Assembly (NCBI GenBank): GCA_965603825.1
Contig: CBFDEM010000016.1
Location: 434,001-498,000, forward strand
Origin: Blepharisma stoltei ATCC 30299
Lineage: Eukaryota; Protista; Ciliophora
Reading direction: 5' to 3'
DNA: 64,000 nt
Shown: piece after piece, positions 1 through 11,450 of the stretch
Position numbering within the stretch: position 1 is the stretch's first letter
How the letters are laid out: each line of letters starts with the position of its first letter
Notes under the pieces: generated by a model
What the model was told of the DNA's origin: nothing
The model's database searches: none
What the model saw: the letters and a program-made list of their open reading frames with translations, nothing else
Translations under genes and position numbers: made by a program

Positions 1-1925
1 ATAGACTGAAAGAAGCAGAAGCTGATAGTAAAACTTTGGTTTCTATAAAAGACTGCTCAAGAAATAGATTGACTTATTCAAAAGTGCTAATTCAGCTAAA
101 AGATCCTCAAAGTGCAATGTCAGAGTTCTTAAGAGCTTCAGTTATAGCGGATGAGGAAGTAGAAATCAATGAACATTTTGTCCATATACTGGCATTACTG
201 CAAAAAGCGAATCTTCCTAACTGTCTTTATACAGCTGGATCTAATATAAATTTTACTCTTGGAGATGGAACTCAAAATACATGTGAAAAACCTAAGCCAA
301 TTATAGAGTTGAAAGGGAAAATCCCAATAAAAGCAGCCTGTGGAGATTTTCACACAATTTTGATAGTGTCTGGGTGCCCGCATATAGCTAGGCATGAAAA
401 TTGTCCTAACAACATTACAAATTGTAATGGAGGAAATGACGTTTTAGCTTGGGGGGATAATTCATATGGCCAGGTCCTTTCCGTTCCAACTCATAGTCCT
501 GTGAGAAGACCTACAGGATTAGGATGCTTTGTTGGGAAAAACGTAAAAGATGTAAGTGCCTCCAAACGGCTGTCTGCTGCTATATTAGGAGATAACTCAG
601 TAGTGCTTTGGGGAGACCTACCAGAAGTTGAAGAAAATCTTATTGAGTTCAGAACAAGTGCAAAACTTATTGCAACCGGAGGCGAATTTCTTGTGATTGG
701 AAGAGATGACGGCTGTTTCTTATGGGGCGAAATCAATGATCATGGGACGGTTGCTGTTTCTTCTTTTAATCAGCAAGATAAGATATATTTGCAGCCAATA
801 GGCCAGATAACTCTTAAACAAATTTGTGCAGGAGAGTATCATGCTATTGCGCTGTCTGAAGACTCTCGTGTATTTTCTATAGGCTGTGGAGAAGTAGGTC
901 AGCTTGGGCTAGGCCTAACTGCAACTTCAGTTTCAGAGCTAACACATGTTTGACTTCCAGGCCCAGCCAAAGAAATAGCAGCTGCTGGCCAGATAAGTTT
1001 GGCATTAACCAATTCAAATATTTATGTGTGAGGACTAATAAACCCTGATGAACTTGAGCATCAAAGTCCTATTGAATGGCTCCCAATTTCTTTGGAAGGC
1101 CATGATGAAGAAGAAATTGCTGCAATTGGGATGGGGACACATGATTTAGTTGCTGTAGATACTCATGGAAAATTTTATGTATGGGATTGGACTTTTTCGA
1201 GAAGACTGAGAAGGCCACCTGAAGAATATAAGCTACTAGCGAACATAAGGAAATTATACTCAGGGCGATCAATGCATCATTTTTTGCAGGGAGTCCTTAT
1301 TCCGCAGTTCACAAAAGTTATAAATTGTCCTAGCAGGGTTCCATCAGAGCTGCCGTTTTTATTGGAATTACAATTGTATGACCAAATCGGAGAAGTACTT
1401 CCTCAGAATCCATTAATCCATATAGTGTTTACAACTGAAAATGTTGAAGGGAGAAGATCAAAGCCTACTGATATATCTGCTCTAGAGTTTCAAATGGAAA
1501 TTCTGGAAAATGAGCCAACCACTACTATTCAAATAGTTCCACTTAGATATGGAGATTATTGGATGCATATCCTAGTAAACAATATTGAAATTATAAATTC
1601 TCCAGTGCCTATTTCAATACATCCAAGTGAGGAGCAAGAAGAAGCGAAGCGTGAAGAAGAAGAAAAAAGGCAGAGAGAGCTGGAAAAAGAAAACGCAAGA
1701 ATGCAAAAGCAAATTGAGGCAGAAATGGAAAGAAAAAGGGCAAGAGAAATGCAAGAAGAAATCAATAAAAAGAAAAAACAAGAAACTGACAGAAGAGCTC
1801 AAGACGCTTTGAGAATGTTTAGAGAGAGGCAAGCTAAAGAAAGAGAGACTAAAGAGGAAGAGAGAAGAAGAAGGATTGAGGCAAAGGTGGGAGGAGGCTA
1901 TGATCTTAGCAAATTAAAGAAATAA
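1..1925 (+). CDS. RCC1-repeat protein with filamin/Ig-like domain and charged C-terminal coiled coil (5' end outside window)
   Basis: Frame open from nt 3; ORFs 36..953 and 1092..1925 join through TGA at 951 and 1029 (IYV-W-G). RCC1 motifs ACGDFHT, LAWGDNSYGQ, ICAGEYH; filamin-like YWMHILVNNIEIINSP; ends TAA. Confidence 0.8.
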
Positions 1926-2273
1926 ATTATGAATTAAAAATAGCACCTTATTGATTTTCCGTGTATAGAAATTAGTTTGTTATCCATATAAAAGCATTTT
2001 AGGATTATGATATAATTTTCACTGTAATTTATATAGAGATTAGCAGCCTTTCTTTTTATCTTAGCTCTTTAAATAATAAAATCAGTGCTTTCTGCTAAAA
2101 TTCTCCAAGCAATAAATATCTTAAAAGAATGTTAAAATAATTCCAATAATTACCATTATATTAAACTTCATCAGCATCAGGAGAAAGCTAAAAAATCATT
2201 TTTCCATACAATCAGCTGCTCTTATTTCTCTTCTATTTCAAAATGGATTATATTTAAGCAAATATATTAAACC

Positions 2274-3641
2274 ATGGCAGTATCTCGAGACAGGCTGATG
2301 GCATACTCAATTTCCTTCATTGTACACCCAGAAGCATATATTTCATTATCAATCTATATAAAGCCTGACATATATTCAGCAGAATCAGCAGGCTCCATAG
2401 GTCGTGGATTATCAGAAGTTTACTCCTCATTTATGGTGAACAGCTTAGAAGCTCAGCGCAAACGTCTCCTAAGTGATGAAGCCTACACAATATACCGTGC
2501 TTTATTTTCTATACTAGACTGTATAAATGATGACAATCTTCTCTCACAAAGCATTTTGACGACTTTAGATGGGATTTTAGTTGATGATGTATCGCAATCT
2601 CAAGTCATGTCGCAGCTGATAGGAGGAAAGGAGTCCTTCAATATTCTGACCACGCTAATTAGGTATGCAAGCACTTATAAAACTGCTCCTATAGCAGTTG
2701 AAGCTGCAAGTCATATTTTAGCTATACTTTTAGGTGAGCAGATAATTAAACTGAGAAACAGTGCTGGGGATTATTTAAATCAGGCTTCAAGACTGATAGA
2801 CTCTTTGATAAATCAAGCCATGGACAATACTTTGCAATTAGATGCTGTTACTTATTGTTTGATGCCTTTATTGAAAGTTGAGTCCCTTAGGCTTGAGTTT
2901 TTGAGAATAGGAGGGATAAGGACAGTTTTATTGCCTTTACTAGAGCAAAAATCTGGAGTGCCTCAGCCAATGTATGCAGCTATTTGCTGCTTATGGATGG
3001 TGTCATTTAATGAAGAATCCATTGAATACTTCATCAGAAGTGACTACGACTTAATTCCAAAAATAATAAAAGAGCTGAAAAGGACTGAAAAAGAAAAAGT
3101 CATCAGAGTAGCTTTAGGGACCCTCAAAAATTTATCAGATGCTGGAGAATCTGCAATTGAAATTATGATTGACAGCAAGCTTATAGAAATAATAGATAAT
3201 CTGTCAAAAAGAGTATTGAAAGACCAAGATATTGTAGAGCTCGTCAAAGGCATGGGAGATACTTTAGAAAGATCGGTAAAAATTTTATCATCGTTTGAAA
3301 AATGGCTCAAAGAGCTTGAAAGAGGTGATTTGGTCGCTGGGGTCACCCACACAGAAGCGTTTTGGAAAGAAAATGCAAGACATTTAGAAAATGACAGCTT
3401 TGGGGCTGTTAAAAAGCTTGTAATGCTATTGCATTCTGAGAACCCAACATGTATACAGCTGGCATTAAATGACTTAGGAGAATTCGCTAGGTTTCATCCA
3501 TATGGAAAAACAGTTGCGTCAAAATTAGGTGCTAAAAATCGTGCTATGGAATTAATGCAACATCCTAATCGTGAGGTGAATCAAGCTGCGTTACTATGTA
3601 TACAGAAATTGATGATTCAAAATTGGCAGAGTATAGCTTAA
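2274..3641 (+). CDS. ATP6V1H: V-type proton ATPase subunit H
   Basis: KEKVIRV, HTEAFWKENA, LNDLGEFARFHPYGK, ALLCIQKLM motifs of VMA13; 455 aa. Confidence 0.92.
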   Translation: MAVSRDRLMAYSISFIVHPEAYISLSIYIKPDIYSAESAGSIGRGLSEVYSSFMVNSLEAQRKRLLSDEAYTIYRALFSILDCINDDNLLSQSILTTLDGILVDDVSQSQVMSQLIGGKESFNILTTLIRYASTYKTAPIAVEAASHILAILLGEQIIKLRNSAGDYLNQASRLIDSLINQAMDNTLQLDAVTYCLMPLLKVESLRLEFLRIGGIRTVLLPLLEQKSGVPQPMYAAICCLWMVSFNEESIEYFIRSDYDLIPKIIKELKRTEKEKVIRVALGTLKNLSDAGESAIEIMIDSKLIEIIDNLSKRVLKDQDIVELVKGMGDTLERSVKILSSFEKWLKELERGDLVAGVTHTEAFWKENARHLENDSFGAVKKLVMLLHSENPTCIQLALNDLGEFARFHPYGKTVASKLGAKNRAMELMQHPNREVNQAALLCIQKLMIQNWQSIA

Positions 3642-3645
3642 TAAT

Positions 3646-4872
3646 TTATTTATTTCTTCTTTCACACCCCATAGAGCTTTGGTTGCCTTTACAGCACGAC
3701 CAATAACTTCCTCCCAAAGCGCTGTCTTTTATTAACTCTCCAGGGTGATATTTATTGCATGATAATTTTACATCATCCATTTGTTTCCTGAGGTCAAGAA
3801 CGTCGTTTTTATATTCTTCAGTTGCAAAAGGCTTGCTCTGTGACCTCAGTGCTTCGACTTCGAGCCTCAGATTTTCTAACTTTTCTTGGATAATTAATTG
3901 GAAATCACGGAATTCTTGCTGAGAAGAATAAACTGAGTCAGCAGCTGATAAGAGATTATTGGAGTGTTTTGATAAGTTTTTGCATTCTTTTTGCCATTTT
4001 CGTAAATCGTTTTGTCGCTCTCGGATGAATTGGATCTCTGACCAGATTTTATCAAGCTCTTTGATGGCATCCTGAGATCTATTAGAAGCTTGTTTTAAGG
4101 CAAAAGTGGAGGTATCAAAGGAGAGCTTCTGTTGCTCAAAAAGATTTTGCCAGTTTTGAAAGTCCTTGCTTAGAAGTTCTAACTGAGCTCTTACTTCTGG
4201 TTTTAAAGCTTCTTTTTGTAGTCTTGCTAAGTTTTCTGCATTTTTATCAGTTTGTTCCTTTAGACTATTCAGTTGATTCCTAAGCCTATCCTGCTCATCT
4301 CTTATCTGAATATATTCAGATAAAATTTCGCTTTTTCTTCTTTTCATATAAGATTCATATAAAGTTGCCGCTTTCATTATTTTTTCTTTTAAATCTGAAT
4401 TTTCGATTCTCAAGTTGTTAAGCGATTCTTCATATTGCACAACTCTTCTTTCCAGCTCTTCAATTCTTTTCAAGTAATCTCCATTAAAAGGATCATCATT
4501 TTTCAATTTTATAACTTCTTCTATATCAATGGTTTTATTCTGAAATTCATCATAGCATTTGTTTAATTTTTCTTCTAAATTTTCTAATTTCTTTCTAGCA
4601 GTCACACAATCCGAAATATTATTGAAATGCTCTCGTACCTTATCACTCAAACTAGCCAAGGTATCTTCGTCAAAAATATTGCCTAAAAATCGCGAAATCA
4701 ATAAATCCCTTTCATCTCCTTCCGGAAAGCATTTTTCAGCACAAATCGCAATTTTCAGTAATTCGAAACAAATGCACACTTTGCAGCAATTTTCTTTGCT
4801 GAATGTTTGAATTAAATCGAGTTTTTCTTTTAAAAGCTCTTGTCAATGAGAGTCTCTTTCTTCAAAGTTCAT
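3646..4872 (-). CDS. Coiled-coil protein with C-terminal Btk-type zinc-finger motif (408 aa)
   Basis: ATG at 4872, TGA=W at 4843-4845; C-terminus YHPG...YWSCC...GC. Confidence 0.65.
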
Positions 4873-5634
4873 ATTAATTTTCTATTAATCAGGATGAAGA
4901 TTAGGGCTATTTTGTGAAAATTTTATATTAAAAAAATTTGTTCCTATATACAGTATAATAATAAAATAAGTTTGAATCAAAATATTATGCAACTTGGTAT
5001 GTCATTCATCCTTAAACGCTTGCCATAGTTAATATTTTCTGTTTTATGATTTTAGACTATAAAAGCGTCATAAATAAAATAGAATTAGATTCGAGAATTG
5101 ACATTCCACAAGCAATTTTTTAAATAAATAGCCATTTATCGTACGCGTTGTATAGAAGCAGTTATTCAAAGCAAAATTATATCTGTTAGCGGACAAACTT
5201 GTATTATAATTTAATTTAAATATGCTATAAGCTAATAAATTTTTCAAATTAATCTTGATAAATGCATTATTAAAATATACTTCATTATTACACTAAAAGG
5301 CAGTTGCTTATCATTAAGATACTTATACAATTGAAGCTTAAATTATATATGCCTTACCAATTAATCAAATTATACTTTCCTTTATCTCTTTTTAGCTTGA
5401 TTGGCTTTCAGGATGACTTTTATCAATTATTTATATCGTTTTAGAATCTTATTTAATTATTGTTCTATATGAGAATTCTGCTTGTTCTATTTACAAATTA
5501 CTAATTAGGCTATTTATTATCTGAATTCATGCTCTTAGTATCGCATTTGATGCAGAAATTGAAAAAAAATTTAAAACTGCAAAATAATTTATTGTTTTAT
5601 AAAGCTGCAGATTTTAGTTAAAGTATCTATTATT

Positions 5635-6027
5635 TTATGGAAGTTTATTTTCATTAATTTTGGTTTTGTATTTTGTGGTTAGCATTCTCCTAAGAGTCCA
5701 AGACTTGCTAAACTCATTTTGTCCAATCTTTATTGGTACTATAAAATAAATAAGTGAGATTCCTATTCTAAAAGCTTTGTGAGTTCCATTCAGAATATAA
5801 TTATATGATGCCACACAAGATACAATTCCTCCAAATATACTTACGCCCAATATTCTTTGATTTTTCTTTTCAATATTCAGAATTATTCGTCTGTCCAACA
5901 ATTCTACAAAGGAGTTTTCGCTTTTAGATTGCTTTACGAGATCTACTCACCTGGAGTGCGTTCCAACATAAGTCTTTTTGATTGCCCTCCTAATATTGAG
6001 TGATCTTTCATTAAGTTCTCTGCTCAT
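5635..6027 (-). CDS. Small two-TM membrane protein, unknown function (130 aa)
   Basis: ATG at 6027, TGA=W at 5947-5949, continues into ORF 5635..5901; two hydrophobic segments. Confidence 0.6.
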
Positions 6028-6082
6028 ATCAAAATAATAATAAACTATGGCAAATTTACATAATAATTTTATATGCAGCTAC

Positions 6083-7075
6083 TTATTTATTCCTCCAAGT
6101 TACATCAACTTCATCAGTCCTGAACCTTTGTGTAAATATACAATCATTAAGCTTCATTCCTCCGCTGCTTAAAAACTGGATTAATCCTGTATAAGCAATC
6201 ATGGCTCCATTATCAATACAGTATCGCTCGTCCATTGCATGCAGCATTCCTCCTCTTTCTTCAAGCATTTCTTGGACCATTTTTTGGAGTCTCAGATTGC
6301 AGCCGACTCCTCCAACAATTAAAACTTCATTTGAGTTGCAATGAGCCATAGCTCGCTCAGCTGTTTCTACCAGCATGGCAAAAGCAGTCTCTTGCAAAGA
6401 AAAGCAGAGGTCTTCAGGAGGGTATTTATCTGCGATTTTTTCTATATGAGATAGAAGTCCGGAAAAAGAGACATCCATTCCTTTCACTGAGTATGGCAAT
6501 TCAATAAAGTTTGTGCCCTTTTTAGCAAGCTGCTCGATATTATATCCAGGTGCTGGCTCATTTGGAATTTTCAGGATTCTTGCAAAACGATCTAAACAGT
6601 TTCCAACTGCAATGTCAATAGTCTCACCAAATATTCGGTATTTTCCTTCATTATAAGCAATTACCTGGGAATTTCCTCCAGAAACGTAAAGAACTGTTGG
6701 GTTTTCAGCGCCTGTCACAAGCCTTCCCATCTCTATATGAGCTACGCAATGATTGACTCCTATAATGGGAATTTCGAACATTTGGCTCAGGGTTCTTGCT
6801 ACAAGAGCACCGACACTTAGCGGATTAGCCATTCCCGGTCCTTTTGTGTAGCAAATTAAGCCTATATTATCCATAGTAATATTGGCTTCTGCAAGTGCTT
6901 CATCAATTAGTCCTAGAATATTTGCTCTATGATGCTCTGCAGTTTCTTTCGGTAAAAATCCACTTCCTGGAGGCCCATTATAAGTCTTCCTAGGATTTGC
7001 CAAAATATTTCCTTTCTCATCCACAATCCCTACGCTGATTTTATTAGCGCTTCCTTCAATTCCAAGAGCAAGCAT
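6083..7075 (-). CDS. KAE1: tRNA N6-adenosine threonylcarbamoyltransferase (KEOPS)
   Basis: [48 protein letters not shown]. Confidence 0.97.
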   Translation of the reverse strand: MLALGIEGSANKISVGIVDEKGNILANPRKTYNGPPGSGFLPKETAEHHRANILGLIDEALAEANITMDNIGLICYTKGPGMANPLSVGALVARTLSQMFEIPIIGVNHCVAHIEMGRLVTGAENPTVLYVSGGNSQVIAYNEGKYRIFGETIDIAVGNCLDRFARILKIPNEPAPGYNIEQLAKKGTNFIELPYSVKGMDVSFSGLLSHIEKIADKYPPEDLCFSLQETAFAMLVETAERAMAHCNSNEVLIVGGVGCNLRLQKMVQEMLEERGGMLHAMDERYCIDNGAMIAYTGLIQFLSSGGMKLNDCIFTQRFRTDEVDVTWRNK

Positions 7076-7092
7076 ATTTATTTATAATTTAT

Positions 7093-8574
7093 TTATCCAA
7101 AGAAGCTGTATCTATCACTTATTGTCAAAGTGCTTGACAGTAAATTTTCCCAGATTCCTTTGAGTTTAAGTGCACTGTCTATTTGGTTGCTAGCCATCTC
7201 AGAAATATGCTCGCAAGTGACATTTCTGCTATTCAAAATTACTCTTTCTACTTCGCTTACGCTTTGGTGGTTATAAAACCCATATCATTCTCGTGCTTTT
7301 TTCCTTTTGTCACTGTCTCCTCCTCCTGTTTTTTTGAAATTTGCCAGAGCAGCGTCTCTTTCTTTGATGATTTCTTTTAATGTCCCTAGTTCCATATATC
7401 CAAATTTGAAGAACATGTTAAAATAGTCTGAGATAAAGTTCGCTTTGTTTGCTTCTCAGTTGGACCATTCTAATAGAGCGTCATTGATATTTTTATATAG
7501 TTCTTTGTGCCCTACATTGAAATCTAATAAATCTTGGAAATCGGCAGCTTGCCTCACAGTTTCTGCGTAGCTTGCAATAGTCTTGGAAAGCTTTATTAAA
7601 TCCTCAATTATTTCTTCTGATTGCCGCTTTAGCTTCTTTTTAATGATTTCACCTGTATTCAGATATTGGTTAACGGCGTTAATTTTGAGGGTATGGTCTC
7701 TGACATCACAATTTACTTCACCTTTTAAGCTGACAAATTGGTCGACTGTGTTGCGCTTGGTTTTTTTGTTGTGGTCTTTGCTTGATTTGAACTCCTTTGT
7801 AGAACTCTCTTTTAGAAAGAGCACAAAAGAAGGCGAGGATCGGAAAACAGGGTTAGAAATCAGAGAATTCATGTAGCGCTGAAGAAACCTTTGCCGCTTG
7901 AGGATGGTCATGTCTTCTGTGTTGCCATGGGCTTTTTTATCTGGAAGAGGAGGGATATAGTATCCTGGAAATTCATGTGCGAGGACTTCTCTAAGCCACT
8001 CAAATTGCTTATACCTTCTTCTAACATTCCATCCTAACGGAGAAGTCACAATATTATACATCACATAATTCGACCCAAACAGCCCACCCTGCACAATCAC
8101 AGGCTCAGAAATTTCAAGCTTTATATCCTTGAAAGTCATCAGCTCATTTACTTCTGCAGTTTCTGTATGAACAAAGAAAACGTCTCCATTAGGGTCTGTT
8201 CCTGGAGATATTAAGGACTCTGCTTTAGTCTCCATTATTGCTTTGGCCTCTTCTTGCTGCTTATATTCTTCTACTGCTTTTTGGACCTTTTTTGGTGGGA
8301 TTTCGTATAGTCTTCTTTCTAATTCTTTTTCTTTTTTTACTTTTTCTTCATATTCTTCAGCTGTTTCTCCGGGTCGAAATTTTAGTTTAAACTCTTTTAC
8401 GCATTCTTGGATTTCTTCAAAGGTCCATAAGTCAATATCAGAGCCTTTTTGGGATTCACAGAAATCTGTGAATAATTTTGGGTCGTAGTTCAGTTCTATG
8501 ACTTCTTCTCTCAAGAACTTTTGTTTCGCCTTTCGCTGAGCGGATTCTAAGATGTCTTCACTATCAGAGTCCAT
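7093..8574 (-). CDS. PX-domain sorting nexin with helical (BAR-like) C-terminus (493 aa)
   Basis: VRRRYKQFEWLR, PPLPDK; TGA=W at 7456 and 7285 extends frame to TAA at 7093-7095. Confidence 0.85.
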
Positions 8575-8799
8575 TTTATTGATTAAAATTAAATCTGGAA
8601 AATAATTTCAAAACCAAGTGAGATACCTATAGACTTAATTGGCCTCTTATCACCTGAAAAGGATTATCTTTAATATTTAAAGTATATCTTTTTATTCATA
8701 TTATAAATTATTAGAATTTATTATAAATGCAAAGGCTGGTTTTCTGCTCGTAAGTCTATAATTATCACAATTATTTGTATAATTGATTTTCCATTTATA

Positions 8800-9633
8800 A
8801 TGCTTAAAACTTTCCTAACTGTACTCTTGCATACTCAGCATCAAAAAATCATTGAAAGTTTACCCATATCAGAGCCCAAAACTGAGATAAAACAAAAGAG
8901 AAGAAGCAGATATGATCAAAAAGGAAGAATTCACAAGTGTGGATGTGGCAAGGCATATTTGAGCTATCCCGCCCTCTTTACTCATATCAAAACCAAGCAT
9001 GATAGGCAAAATCCAGACTGCTCAGATGTTCCACGAGTAAAAGCCAGATCTAAAAGAAGAAGTCTGCCAAAGATTATTAATACAAATAGGCCTGCAAAGA
9101 TTGCAAAGCCTGAATCTGCTGCTGAAATTAATGAAAGACAACTCCTGGGTGATGAAGCTTCATATCTTAGAGAAATTGGATGCTATTCTTCACATGGCAC
9201 AGATGCAACTGAAAATTTCCCTCGGATTTTCAAAAATCACAGAGAATATGAGCATACCCTTTTGCCGATCTTAAAAGAAATAATGCTTTCTGAGACAAAT
9301 AAAAATGGAGAAAACACAGAAAAAGAGTATATTGGTGCTGATATTTTTGCTAAGTTTCTATTAAACCATGCCAAAGTTTGCCAAAAAGATTTTTATAACG
9401 AATTAGTCTTATTCATCGTGCTTTTATACAAATTTCTAGACGAAGAAGTAGCGGAAGGCTTTTTATCCACTAACAATTGTGAAGAAGTTCCATGCTATCT
9501 GCCTCGATTTATGGTATATCTAGATGCCATCAAATGCGAATTTGACAAAGCCAAGCTGTTAGAGCTTGTAAATCATTTTATTGAGTGGCTTTATTCCCAT
9601 AAATACACCCATATGAGAGTAATATACAATTAA
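8800..9633 (+). CDS. C2H2-like zinc-finger protein
   Basis: HKCGCGKAYLSYPALFTHIKTKH followed by basic stretch. Confidence 0.7.
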   Translation: MLKTFLTVLLHTQHQKIIESLPISEPKTEIKQKRRSRYDQKGRIHKCGCGKAYLSYPALFTHIKTKHDRQNPDCSDVPRVKARSKRRSLPKIINTNRPAKIAKPESAAEINERQLLGDEASYLREIGCYSSHGTDATENFPRIFKNHREYEHTLLPILKEIMLSETNKNGENTEKEYIGADIFAKFLLNHAKVCQKDFYNELVLFIVLLYKFLDEEVAEGFLSTNNCEEVPCYLPRFMVYLDAIKCEFDKAKLLELVNHFIEWLYSHKYTHMRVIYN

Positions 9634-9669
9634 TTTTGCGTATCCTAAGCTTAAGATACTTAATAATAA

Positions 9670-11406
9670 ATGATAATCAGTCTAATTCTCTCTCTCCAGC
9701 TCGCTTCAAGCTACTTAATAGCCTCAAGCTCCATCGAATCTTGCTTAAATTCAGGCAGCAACGACATGAACTGTACAAATAAGCTGGTTGTTTCATTATC
9801 AGTTAATAATGACCAAGGTGCAGACACAGAGTCTCTTGAGACTATAATAAACACAACTAGTACGAGTGAGGGGAGTAAGCAGCTTGTATATCCTATCAAA
9901 ATCACTCTGTCAAAAACCAAAGTTACTGCAAGGTATCCATTAAGGTATCGCCAAGATTTCAATAGTCGTGCAAGAGAGTTAGTCATTTTTACGTCAATTT
10001 TTGACTGCCAAGATGGAGCATACAGCAATAGTCCTACATGTGGCTGAAAAACTGATTCTAAAGGTGATAGAATTTGGGATTCCCAAGGGTATTGCTGTGA
10101 CTGTGACTTTTCACAGATAATTGGCCTTGACGACACTACATATACGCGTGGGCAGTCATGTCAGCTATTTAATCTTGGCACAGGCTCGTCGTCTGCTCAT
10201 TGCCTTGTATGGGACGAATTATGATACTCTGCCTATGAAATCAGCACCTATCAAACTTACTATTTGCTAACAGCTTATATATCAAAAGCATACGAAAATG
10301 GAACTTACTACCAAGAAAAAATAGTTGTTTCCCCTAGTGTCCCAGTTCAATCTTCTGCAGAAAAAGATATCATCGTAAGGCTAATAGGTGATTTTTCCCC
10401 AAATACACCTCCACCAACTTTAAGTGACCAATATTTATTTTCAGCATCAAGGCCTGTAAGCAATACAAGGGTCTTAATGGGATCAAGATATTGAATGTTT
10501 ATTGATGGAGATGACATTTCATGGGATGGAACTCAGTGCAACAAGGTTGGATCAAGCTATACTGCTTTTAGAGGGCAAGGCAATAAATGCGAGATGCAGC
10601 CTCGCAGTTGCTTTTTAAATCAGCTAGAAGACAGGCATCAAACTGACATTAAAAGAACAGCAAATGGACAAGCTCCTTTATATTTTATTAGTAAAGAAGG
10701 GAATTTCTCAAAGGTAATTTCAAACAGCGATGCTTATTTGCAGCTGAATATTGATGGAAACTTTGGAAGCTTGGTTACTATAGAACTAAATGGTGACAAG
10801 CTGAAATTTATTACAAATGTAAGCAAAGGGAAAATTGATTATGCTCATATAGGAAATTTCGAAGCTTTAAGCTATGATGGAGTTTTAGATGCCCAAGTTT
10901 CAAATGTAGGCAACGTTGCTGCCCAGTTCACCTTAGGTGCTAATTGTTCAAGTGGGGTAGCTGCAATTGAAGCAAAAACTTTTTCATTAAAAGCAATGGA
11001 AAGTAAAGATCTGGAATTTGATGTAAACGTCCAAAAATCTAATGCAAGCCAATATGAGTGCAATGCTACTTTATACAATTCTATTGGCATTGTTGTGGAT
11101 TATCTAGTAGTTAATTTTAACACTTCTTCAAGACATACTGATACTGGCAGTGAAGGAGGAAACGGTCCAAAATTAAATGGAGATAATACAACAGACTCAA
11201 ATCCAAATGATAGCTGTTCTGAATCCTGCCCTCAATGGTTCAATATCTTTTGTTTTCTGGTTGATGGCTGTTGGGGAGATATTATAATTTTCTTCAGCAT
11301 CATATTTGGAATCTGTCTTTTCGTTATTTTGACAAAGTTTGTTATCAGGAGGTATGGGATTTGCTGCCAAAAATTATTTGCAACTAAAGAAGATAATAAA
11401 AAATAA
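9670..11406 (+). CDS. HAP2: HAP2/GCS1 class II gamete fusogen (578 aa)
   Basis: Three ORFs joined by TGA=W at 10045, 10222, 10492; signal peptide, CTNKLVVSLSV, PTCG-W, DSQGYCCDC, RGQSC, SSAHCL, CNKVG.SY.AF, single TM, short Cys/basic tail. Confidence 0.93.
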
Positions 11407-11450
11407 TTGTAATTCTTGTCTAAATTATGTGACTATTTTTATAATAGAAA

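Noticed and set aside
9670-11406. UGA=Cys (Euplotes code) or UAR=Gln (Tetrahymena/Paramecium code)
   Set aside because: TGA contexts are Trp sites; in-frame TAA/TAG occur only in introns, the pseudogene or at gene ends.
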